The notes beneath the pieces are model-generated. The model saw only the letters and a list, made by a program, of their open reading frames with translations, ran no database searches and was not told where the DNA came from. From assembly GCA_964019425.1 (NCBI GenBank), contig OZ025781.1, positions 682,001 through 746,000 of the forward strand: DNA of 64,000 bases, read 5' to 3'. This DNA is from Flectonema sp. DT1601 (Eukaryota). Shown in pieces: positions 47,981-57,681 of the stretch; the stretch's first letter is position 1; each line of letters starts with the position of its first letter. Both the position numbers and the translations under genes were made by a program.

Positions 47981-48054
47981 GTTGGCCGAACCAGTGCCTC
48001 GTCATCTCACCGTGCTAGCAAGCCTGAATGACAGCACTCAAAATGGTACATATA

Positions 48055-48817
48055 TTGGTGTTCACAAATAACTTCTGTTGACCTTTCAGGTCTTAGTAGT
48101 GTCACCAGTATTGGATATCGTTTTTTCTCTGAGTGTTCAGAAATCACTTCTCTTGACCTTTCAGGTCTTAGTAGTGTCACCAGTATTAGAAATCATTTTT
48201 TGTCTGATTGTTCAGAAATCACTTCTCTTGAACTTTCAGGTCTTAGTAGTGTCACTAGTATTGAAGGTTGTTTTTTGTCTAGTTGTTCAGAAATCACTTC
48301 TCTTGACCTTTCAGGTCTTAGTAGTGTCACCAGTATTGGAAATTGTTTTTTGTCTAGTTGTTCAGAAATCACTTCTCTTGACCTTTCAGGTCTTAGTAGT
48401 GTCATCAGTATTGGAAATCTTTTTTTGTCTAGTTGTTCAAAAATCACTTCTCTTGACCTTTCAGGTCTTAGTAGTGTCATCAGTATTGGAAATCTTTTTT
48501 TGTCTAGTTGTTCAGAAATCACTTCTCTTGACCTTTCAGGTCTTAGTAGTGTCACCAGTATTGGAGATTGTTTTTTGTCTGAGTGTTCAGAAATCACTTC
48601 TCTCGACCTTTCAGGTCTTAGTAGTGTCACCAGTATTGGAGATTGTTTTTTGTCTGAGTGTTCAGAAATCACTTCTGTTGACCTTTCAGGTCTTAGTGAT
48701 GTTGAAGAAATTGGTGTGGCCTTCTTCGATAATTGCAGTGCCCTGAAATCTGTTCAGCTGCCTGAAAATAATGGAGCTCTCTTTGAACCGTCTGTGAAAG
48801 CTGCGATTAATCATTAA
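48055..48817 (+). pseudogene. Orphaned 3' part of a UBL-LRR gene (9 repeats + C-cap) downstream of the retrotransposon
   Basis: Matches 35301-36063 of copy 1 (both 763 bp); has no start codon of its own. Confidence 0.88.
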
Positions 48818-50687
48818 ATGTAAAGTGTTGAATTGATTCTTGGTTGTCATGTATTTTATATTTTTAATGTTTTGTTGTCAATAAAACGTGGTATCAACTT
48901 TTACCAAGTGACGAGACCTCGGAATCTATGATTCTCCTCGCGTCTCATCACTTCTCTTCCGATGATATTATTCTGCCAAGTTATCTTTTTTTCCCTGAGC
49001 GTTTGCTAGTAATACTGTTTGCGATTATGCAAAAATCTACGTCTGTTTTCTGAGTAATCTTTTTTTTTTGTTCCGACGAAGTCGGAAAAGAAACTATTCA
49101 GATTGAAAGTCGATATTTCTTATGGTCATGATTAATTTTCACCATGCGACAGGATTTTGTCCCCCCGAATTGCCAGATTCGACAACGTCTTCTGGTCAGT
49201 AAGACGAAAAATAGTTTTTTTTTCATTTTTATGTTTTCTTTTTTGTTTTTTCTAAACGTAATTATTCTTTGATTAACAATTACAAATATTTTTCAGTCAA
49301 GTACTTGATATTAATTTTGTTTTTAATACCTAAAGTTATTACTGTTTTTACATTGTAAAAGTAGCACCCCATGCGACAGGATTTTATCTGTGTTTAACGA
49401 AATATAAGGCTGATCTGAATGGTTTTTTTGTACTTATTTTGTTTCACACCCCGTCCTTGGATCTGACAGGTATTTTTCAGTTGAGTACTTTGATATTAAT
49501 TTAATTTTAATACCAAAATTCCATGTTGGTAACGTGCCGCTAACAATGAATGAAGAGGGAGAAAAGCTTCTGTTTGGTTGGGTCAACCAACTGAACGTTT
49601 CTCCGCCGATATCGGGACGGAAATTATTTACAAGATATTCGTAAAATGTATCAAGCGAAAGTTATTTTGTAGTGTTCATTCTTTTATCAGACTTTCAAGC
49701 CTTTCCCCGTTTTCAATAATAAATCTTAATCCCACCCGCCATTCCTCGTAGTGCCGATCCTCCCCAAGGGAAGATCGGCACATTAATGTTCATGAAGCAG
49801 ATACTCTAAGGCAGACGTCTACTCGTCGTCAAGGGTAGACCGCCAAGTTGACGACCCTATATGTATATGATTACCGAGTGAATTGTTTTCTATCCTTCAT
49901 CATCATCTTTCTTTCTTCAGGTGCAAAAAGAATGCAATAGTTGATTACCGAGTACAACAAAGTTTTTATATTTATCACTCTAATTTACTAACTCAGTAGA
50001 TGTAAATTCATGTAGCGTTGGTGCATCAAAGTAGTTGAGAATTTGAATCGAAACTGCCTCAAAGATTCTGTTTTTAAGTTGTCAAAGTTTCACCCCAACC
50101 TTCGGATTTAATAAAAGAGCTGTTTTATTATTTTTAATATAAGCTAACTCATTTGTTTGAAAAAAATGATTTCCAATTAATGTCTTTGCTGAAAAAACCC
50201 GTCGATGCCACCACCCCGACATTATTTGTTAGGATTATACAGCCCCCTCATGTTTTCTAACTGAATTCTGGATAACACTACCATAATTTATGTAAAGTGA
50301 GTACTCCGCTATTAGTGTTACTACGAACTAGCAATATGGGTAGGCCATCAAATCCTGATGGATAGATTAGGGGGGTGTGTGTCCTGTCGGTTCCGAATGT
50401 GAAATCTATTACAATTAATGAAGACTTGGTTGTGGATTTACTTATTAATTTATTAGAGGATTCAGACATTCTAGTTTTTAGAGAAGAGCAAGACGGGTCA
50501 TGTTATTTTATAGGAAATTACAACTACAGAATATGTTGCACTATTCAGGAATCGAAGCTGCTTTTCAGTTTTTCCTTATTACTTTACGATTGTTGCCGCC
50601 GTTTTGGAACACTTCATCAATATTAATAAACCTTTTCGTCTCTCAGTAGATTACTAAAAAAAAGGAAAACAAAAAACAACAACAACA

Positions 50688-53642
50688 ATGCAAGTTTTTG
50701 TGACGTGTCCGGATTTAGGATTCCCTGCGGTGTCAGTCACGGTTGGTGCTGATTCTGTTGTGAGCGACGTGTTGATGGAAGCGGCTGGCGAGTGGGATGT
50801 CGATGCGGAGGAAGTTGTACTGTTGTTCGCTGGTGATGTCCTTTGTGAAAGTGAGCGGCTGGCAGATCATGGAGTGGGTGGAGACAGCGAGTTGGAAATT
50901 CGGAAGAAGCTGATTCGGATCTTCGGTAAAAACTGGTTTGTTGATGATAGAAAAAGGGAGATGCTGCTTCTTTGGATTAGAGATCACAATACGGAGGATT
51001 TATATCTGGACACTCCCACATTCTTGGAGGATGGTTGCCTCACTATTGACAAAAGATTGCTTCCTTCAGATGCCAAACGGATTTCCTTCCGCCATTCAAA
51101 CTCCAACAGCACGGTCATCTCACAAGTTACTTCTATTGAAGATTTCTTTTTATCTGAGTGTTCAGAAATCACTTCTGTTGACCTTTCAGGTCTTAGTAGT
51201 ATCACCAGTATTGGAGATGATTTTTTGTCTTATTGTTCAAAAATCACTTCTGTTGACCTTTCAGGTCTTAGTAGTGTCACCAGTATTGGAAATCATTTTT
51301 TATTTCGTTGTTCAGAAATCACTTCTCTTGACCTTTCAGGTCTTAGTAGTGTCACCAGTATTGGAAATCATTTTTTATTTCGTTGTTCAGAAATCACTTC
51401 TGTTGACCTTTCAGGTCTTATTGGTATCACCAGTATTGAAAATTACTTTTTAAATAATTGTTTACAAATCACTTCTGTTGACCTTTCAGGTCTTAGTAGT
51501 GTCACCAGTATTGGATATCATTTTTTGTCTGAGTGTTCAGAAATCACTTCTCTTGACCTTTCAGGTCTTAGTAGTGTCACCAGTATTGGAGATTATTTTT
51601 TGTCTAGTTGTTCAGAAATCACTTCTCTTGACCTTTCAGGTCTTAGTAGTGTCACTAGTATTAAAGATTATTTTTTGTCTAGTTGTTCAGAAATCACTTC
51701 TCTTGACCTTTCAGGTCTTAGTAGTGTCATCAGTATTGGAAATCTTTTTTTGTCTAGTTGTTCAAAAATCACTTCTCTTGACCTTTCAGGTCTTATTAGT
51801 GTCACCAGTATTGGAAATTGTTTTTTGTCTTGGTGTTCAGAAATCACTTCTGTTAACCTTTCAGGTCTTAGTAGTGTCATCAATATTGGAAGTAATTTTT
51901 TGTCTTATTGTCAAAAAATCACTTCTCTTGACCTTTCAGGTCTTAGTAGTGTCACCAGAATTGGAGATTGTTTTTTGTCTTGGTGTTCACAAATAACTTC
52001 TGTTGACCTTTCAGGTCTTAGTAGTGTCACCAGTATTGGATATCGTTTTTTCTCTGAGTGTTCAGAAATCACTTCTCTTGACCTTTCAGGTCTTAGTAGT
52101 GTCACCAGTATTAGAAATCATTTTTTGTCTGATTGTTCAGAAATCACTTCTCTTGAACTTTCAGGTCTTAGTAGTGTCACTAGTATTGAAGGTTGTTTTT
52201 TGTCTAGTTGTTCAGAAATCACTTCTCTTGACCTTTCAGGTCTTAGTAGTGTCATCAGTATTGGAAATTGTTTTTTGTCTTGGTGTTCACAAATAACTTC
52301 TGTTGACCTTTCAGGTCTTAGTAGTGTCACCAGTATTGGATATCGTTTTTTCTCTGAGTGTTCAGAAATCACTTCTCTTGACCTTTCAGGTCTTAGTAGT
52401 GTCACCAGTATTAGAAATCATTTTTTGTCTGATTGTTCAGAAATCACTTCTCTTGAACTTTCAGGTCTTAGTAGTGTCACTAGTATTGAAGGTTGTTTTT
52501 TGTCTAGTTGTTCAGAAATCACTTCTCTTGACCTTTCAGGTCTTAGTAGTGTCATCAGTATTGGAAATTGTTTTTTGTCTTGGTGTTCACAAATAACTTC
52601 TGTTGACCTTTCAGGTCTTAGTAGTGTCACCAGTATTGGATATCGTTTTTTCTCTGAGTGTTCAGAAATCACTTCTCTTGACCTTTCAGGTCTTAGTAGT
52701 GTCACCAGTATTAGAAATCATTTTTTGTCTGATTGTTCAGAAATCACTTCTCTTGAACTTTCAGGTCTTAGTAGTGTCACTAGTATTGAAGGTTGTTTTT
52801 TGTCTAGTTGTTCAGAAATCACTTCTCTTGACCTTTCAGGTCTTAGTAGTGTCATCAGTATTGGAAATTGTTTTTTGTCTAGTTGTTCAGAAATCACTGC
52901 TCTTGACCTTTCAGGTCTTAGTAGTGTCATCAGTATTGGAAATCTTTTTTTGTCTTGTTGTTCAAAAATCACTTCTCTTGACCTTTCAGGTCTTAGTAGT
53001 GTCACCAGTATTGGAAATTGTTTTTTGTCTAGTTGTTCAGAAATCACTGCTCTTGACCTTTCAGGTCTTAGTAGTGTCATCAGTATTGGAGATGATTTTT
53101 TGTCTTGTTGTTCAAAAATCACTTCTCTTGACCTTTCAGGTCTTAGTAGTGTCATCAGTATTGGAAATCTTTTTTTGTCTTGTTGTTCAAAAATCACTTC
53201 TCTTGACCTTTCAGGTCTTAGTAGTGTCACCAGTATTGGAAATTGTTTTTTATTTAGTTGTTCAGAAATCACTTCTCTTGACCTTTCAGGTCTTAGTAGT
53301 GTCACCAGTATTGGAAATCATTTTTTATTTCGTTGTTCAGAAATGACTTCTCTCGACCTTTCAGGTCTTAGTAGTGTCACCAGTATTGGAGATTGTTTTT
53401 TGTCTGAGTGTTCAGAAATCACTTCTCTCGACCTTTCAGGTCTTAGTAGTGTCACCAGTATTGGAGATTGTTTTTTGTCTGAGTGTTCAGAAATCACTTC
53501 TGTTGACCTTTCAGGTCTTAGTGATGTTGAAGAAATTGGTGTGGCCTTCTTCGATAATTGCAGTGCCCTGAAATCTGTTCAGCTGCCTGAAAATAATGGA
53601 GCTCTCTTTGAACCGTCTGTGAAAGCTGCGATTAATCATTAA
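50688..53642 (+). CDS. UBL-LRR protein copy 3 (32 repeats)
   Basis: Intact 984-aa ORF with the same architecture as copy 1. Confidence 0.92.
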   Translation: MQVFVTCPDLGFPAVSVTVGADSVVSDVLMEAAGEWDVDAEEVVLLFAGDVLCESERLADHGVGGDSELEIRKKLIRIFGKNWFVDDRKREMLLLWIRDHNTEDLYLDTPTFLEDGCLTIDKRLLPSDAKRISFRHSNSNSTVISQVTSIEDFFLSECSEITSVDLSGLSSITSIGDDFLSYCSKITSVDLSGLSSVTSIGNHFLFRCSEITSLDLSGLSSVTSIGNHFLFRCSEITSVDLSGLIGITSIENYFLNNCLQITSVDLSGLSSVTSIGYHFLSECSEITSLDLSGLSSVTSIGDYFLSSCSEITSLDLSGLSSVTSIKDYFLSSCSEITSLDLSGLSSVISIGNLFLSSCSKITSLDLSGLISVTSIGNCFLSWCSEITSVNLSGLSSVINIGSNFLSYCQKITSLDLSGLSSVTRIGDCFLSWCSQITSVDLSGLSSVTSIGYRFFSECSEITSLDLSGLSSVTSIRNHFLSDCSEITSLELSGLSSVTSIEGCFLSSCSEITSLDLSGLSSVISIGNCFLSWCSQITSVDLSGLSSVTSIGYRFFSECSEITSLDLSGLSSVTSIRNHFLSDCSEITSLELSGLSSVTSIEGCFLSSCSEITSLDLSGLSSVISIGNCFLSWCSQITSVDLSGLSSVTSIGYRFFSECSEITSLDLSGLSSVTSIRNHFLSDCSEITSLELSGLSSVTSIEGCFLSSCSEITSLDLSGLSSVISIGNCFLSSCSEITALDLSGLSSVISIGNLFLSCCSKITSLDLSGLSSVTSIGNCFLSSCSEITALDLSGLSSVISIGDDFLSCCSKITSLDLSGLSSVISIGNLFLSCCSKITSLDLSGLSSVTSIGNCFLFSCSEITSLDLSGLSSVTSIGNHFLFRCSEMTSLDLSGLSSVTSIGDCFLSECSEITSLDLSGLSSVTSIGDCFLSECSEITSVDLSGLSDVEEIGVAFFDNCSALKSVQLPENNGALFEPSVKAAINH

Positions 53643-55401
53643 ATGTAAAGTGTTGAATTGATTCTTGGTTGTCATGTATTTTATATTTTTAATGTTTTGT
53701 TGTCAATAAAACGTGGTATCAACTTTTACCAAGTGACGAGACCTCGGAATCTATGATTCTCCTCGCGTCTCATCACTTCTCTTCCGATGATATTATTCTG
53801 CCAAGTTATCTTTTTTTCCCTGAGCGTTTGCTAGTAATACTGTTTGCGATTATACAAAAATCTACGTCTGTTTTCTGAGTAATCTTTTTTTTTTGTTCCG
53901 ACGAAGTCGGAAAAGAAACTATTCAGATTGAAAGTCGATATTTCTTATGGTCATGATTAATTTTCACCATGCGACAGGATTTTGTCCCCCCGAATTGCCA
54001 GATTCGACAACGTCTTGTGGTCAGTAAGACGAAAAATAGTTTTTTTTTCATTTTTATATTTTCTTTTTTGTTTTTTCTAAACGTAATTATTCTTTGATTA
54101 ACAATTACAAATATTTTTCAGTCAAGTACTTGATATTAATTTTGTTTTTAATACCTAAAGTTATTACTGTTTTTACATTGTAAAAGTAGCACCCCATGCG
54201 ACAGGATTTTATCTGTGTTTAACGAAATATAAGGCTGATCTGAATGGTTTTTTTGTACTTATTTTGTTTCACACCCCGTCCTTGGATCTGACAGGTATTT
54301 TTCAGTTGGGTACTTTGATATTAATTTAATTTCAAATTATTTACAAGATATTCGTAAAATGTATCAAGCGAAAGTTATTTTGTAGTGTTCATTCTTTTAT
54401 CAGACTTTCAAGCCTTTCCCCGTTTTCAATAATAAATCTTAATCCCACCCGCCATTCCTCGTAGTGCCGATCCTCCCCAAGGGAAGATCGGCACATCAAT
54501 GTTCATGAAGCAGATACTCTAAGGCAGACGTCTACTCGTCGTCAAGGGTAGACCGCCAAGTTGACGACCCTATATGTATATGATTACCGAGTGAATTGTT
54601 TTCTATCCTTCATCATCATCTTTCTTTCATCAGGGGCAAAAAGAATGCAATAGTTGATTACCGAGTACAACAAAGTTTTTATATTTATCACTCTAATTTA
54701 CTACACTCAGTAGATGTAAATTCATGTAGCGTTGGTGCATCAAAGTAGTTGAGAATTTGAATCGAAACTGCCTCAAAGATTCTGTTTTTAAGTTGTCAAA
54801 GTTTCACCCCAACCTTCGGATTTAATAAAAGAGCTGTTTTATTATTTTTAATATAAGCTAACTCATTTGTTTGAAAAAAATGATTTCCAATTAATGTCTT
54901 TGCTGAAAAAACCCGTCGATGCCACCACCCCAACATTATTTGTTAGGATTATACAGCCCCCTCATGTTTTCTAACTGAATTCTGGATAACACTACCATAA
55001 TTTATGTAAAGTGAGTACTCCGCTATTAGTGTTACTACGAACTAGCAATATGGGTAGGCCATCAAATCCTGATGGATAGATTAGGGGGGTGTGTGTCCTG
55101 TCGGTTCCGAATGTGAAATCTATTACAATTAATGAAGACTTGGTTGTGGATTTACTTATTAATTTATTAGAGGATTCAGACATTCTAGTTTTCAGAGAGG
55201 AGCAAGACAGGTCATGTTATTTTATAGGAAATTACAACTACAGAATATGTTGCACTATTCAGGAATCGAAGCTGCTTTTCAGTTTTTCCTTATTACTTTA
55301 CGATTGTTGCCGCCGTTTTGGAACACTTCATCAATATTAATAAACCTTTTCGTCTCTCAGTAGATTACTAAAAAAAAGGAAAACAAAAAACAACAACAAC
55401 A

Positions 55402-57681
55402 ATGCAAGTTTTTGTGACGTGTCCGGATTTGGGATTCCCTGCGGTGTCAGTCACGGTTGGTGCTGATTCTGTTGTGAGCGACGTGTTGACGGAAGCGGCT
55501 GGCGAGTGGGATGTCGATGCGGAGGAAGTTGTACTGTTGTTCGCTGGTGATGTCCTTTGTGAAAGTGAGCGGCTGGCAGATCATGGAGTGGGTGGAGACA
55601 GCGAGTTGGAAATGCGGAAGAAGCTGATTCGGATCTTCGGTAAAAACTGGTTTGTTGATGATAGAAAAAGGGAGATGCTGCTTCTTTGGATTAGAGATCA
55701 CAATACGGAGGATTTATATCTGGACACTCCCACATTCTTGGAGGATGGTTGCCTCACTGTTGACAAAAGATTGCTTCCTTCAGATGCCAAACGGATTTCC
55801 TTCCGCCATTCAAACTCCAACAGCACGGTCATCTCACAAGTTACTTCTATTGAAGATTTCTTTTTATCTAATTGTTCACAAATCACTTCTCTTGACCTTT
55901 CAGGTCTTAGTAGTATCACCAGTATTGGAAATAGTTTTTTGTCTGAGTGTTCACAAATCACTTCTGTTGACCTTTCAGGTCTTAGTAGTGTCACCAGTAT
56001 TGGAAATAGTTTTTTGTCTGAGTGTTCAGAAATCACTTCTCTTGACCTTTCAGGTCTTAGTAGTGTCATCAATATTGGAAGTAATTTTTTGTCTTATTGT
56101 TCAGAAATCACTTCTCTTGACCTTTCAGGTCTCAGTAGTGTCACCAGTATTGGAAAGCATTTTTTGTCTAGTTGTTCAGAAATCACTTCTGTTGACCTTT
56201 CAGGTCTTATTAGTGTCACCAGTATTGGAAATCGTTTTTTGTCTTATTGTTCAGAAATCACTTCTCTTGACCTTTCAGGTCTCAGTAGTGTCGCCAGTAT
56301 TGGAAATAGTTTTTTGTCTGAGTGTTCAGAAATCACTTCTCTTAACCTTTCAGGTCTTAGTAGTGTCAGTAGTATTGGAAATCATTTTTTGTATATTTGT
56401 TCCAAAATCACTTCTGTTGACCTTTCAGGTCTTAGAAGTGTCACCAGTATTGGAAATTCTTTTTTGTCTTGGTGTTCAGAAATCACTTCTGTTGACCTTT
56501 CAGGTATTAGTAGTGTCATCAATATTGGAAGTAATTTTTTGTCTTATTGTCAAGAAATCACTTCTCTTGACCTTTCAGGTCTTAGTAGTGTCACCAGAAT
56601 TGGAGATTGTTTTTTGTCTGAGTGTTCACAAATAACTTCTGTTGACCTTTCAGGTCTTAGTAGTGTCACCAGTATTGGAGATGATTTTTTGTCTTGTTGT
56701 TCAAAAATCACTTCTCTTGACCTTTCGGGTCTTAGTAGTATCATCAGTATTGGAAATTGTTTTTTGTGTTATTGTTCAAAAATCACTTCTGTTGACCTTT
56801 CAGGTCTTAGTAGTGTCACCAGTATTGGAGATTATTTTTTGTCTTATTGTTCAAAAATCACTTCTCTTGACCTTTCAGGTCTTAGTAGTGTCATCAGTAT
56901 TGGAGATGATTTTTTGTCTTGTTGTTCAAAAATCACTTCTCTTGACCTTTCAGGTCTTAGTAGTGTCACCAGTATTGGAAATCATTTTTTATTTCGTTGT
57001 TCAGAAATGACTTCTCTTGACCTTTCAGGTCTTATTGGTATCACCAGTATTGAAAATTACTTTTTAAATAATTGTTCACAAATCACTTCTCTTGACCTTT
57101 CAAGTCTTAGTAGTGTCACCAGTATTGGATATCGTTTTTTGTCTGAGTGTTCAGAAATCACTTCTCTTGACCTTTCAGGTCTTAGTAGTGTCATCAGTAT
57201 TGGAAATTGTTTTTTGTCTAGTTGTTCAAAAATCACTTCTCTTGACCTTTCAGGTCTTTGTAGTGTCACCAGTATTGACGATTATTTTTTGTCTTGTTGT
57301 TCAAAAATCACTTCTCTTGACCTTTCAGGTCTTAGTAGTGTCACCAGTATTGGATATCGTTTTTTGTCTGAGTGTTCAGAAATCACTTCTCTTGACCTTT
57401 CAGGTCTTAGTAGTGTCACCAGTATTGGAGATTGTTTTTTGTCTGAGTGTTCAGAAATCACTTCTCTTGACCTTTCAGGTCTTAGTAGTGTCACCAGAAT
57501 TGGAGATTGTTTTTTGTCTGAGTGTTCACAAATAACTTCTGTTGACCTTTCAGGTCTTAGTGATGTTGAAAAAATTGGTGTGGCCTTCTTCGATAATTGC
57601 AGTGCCCTGAAATCTGTTCAGCTGCCTGAAAATAATGGAGCTCTCTTTGAACCGTCTGTGAAAGCTGCGATTAATCATTAA
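55402..57681 (+). CDS. UBL-LRR protein copy 4 (23 repeats)
   Basis: Intact 759-aa ORF with the same architecture and a different order of repeat variants. Confidence 0.92.
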   Translation: MQVFVTCPDLGFPAVSVTVGADSVVSDVLTEAAGEWDVDAEEVVLLFAGDVLCESERLADHGVGGDSELEMRKKLIRIFGKNWFVDDRKREMLLLWIRDHNTEDLYLDTPTFLEDGCLTVDKRLLPSDAKRISFRHSNSNSTVISQVTSIEDFFLSNCSQITSLDLSGLSSITSIGNSFLSECSQITSVDLSGLSSVTSIGNSFLSECSEITSLDLSGLSSVINIGSNFLSYCSEITSLDLSGLSSVTSIGKHFLSSCSEITSVDLSGLISVTSIGNRFLSYCSEITSLDLSGLSSVASIGNSFLSECSEITSLNLSGLSSVSSIGNHFLYICSKITSVDLSGLRSVTSIGNSFLSWCSEITSVDLSGISSVINIGSNFLSYCQEITSLDLSGLSSVTRIGDCFLSECSQITSVDLSGLSSVTSIGDDFLSCCSKITSLDLSGLSSIISIGNCFLCYCSKITSVDLSGLSSVTSIGDYFLSYCSKITSLDLSGLSSVISIGDDFLSCCSKITSLDLSGLSSVTSIGNHFLFRCSEMTSLDLSGLIGITSIENYFLNNCSQITSLDLSSLSSVTSIGYRFLSECSEITSLDLSGLSSVISIGNCFLSSCSKITSLDLSGLCSVTSIDDYFLSCCSKITSLDLSGLSSVTSIGYRFLSECSEITSLDLSGLSSVTSIGDCFLSECSEITSLDLSGLSSVTRIGDCFLSECSQITSVDLSGLSDVEKIGVAFFDNCSALKSVQLPENNGALFEPSVKAAINH

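Larger units (their letters stand above)
40221..48054 (+). mobile_element. Apparently full-length non-LTR (LINE-type, APE + RT) retrotransposon, 7834 bp
   Basis: Sharp switch to GC/purine-rich sequence at both LRR junctions; 5' ribozyme fold, ORF1, 2A motif, APE-RT-CCHC ORF2, 74-nt 3' UTR ending catata. Confidence 0.95.

Noticed and set aside
47981..48054. SECIS element making the UGA at 43241 a selenocysteine codon
   Set aside because: AUGA lies on the 3' arm rather than the 5' arm and the GA/GA quartet geometry is absent
32909..57535. Alternative-frame and antisense ORFs (TFQVLVVS.., TLLRPERS..) over the LRR genes
   Set aside because: Shadows of a stop-poor 75-bp repeat; broken wherever variants create stops
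33151..57560. Diversity-generating retroelement (variable codons mostly NNT, near an RT)
   Set aside because: The RT is a non-LTR APE-RT; there is no template/variable repeat pair or Avd-like gene; most adenines in the unit are invariant; T-ending codons are the host norm
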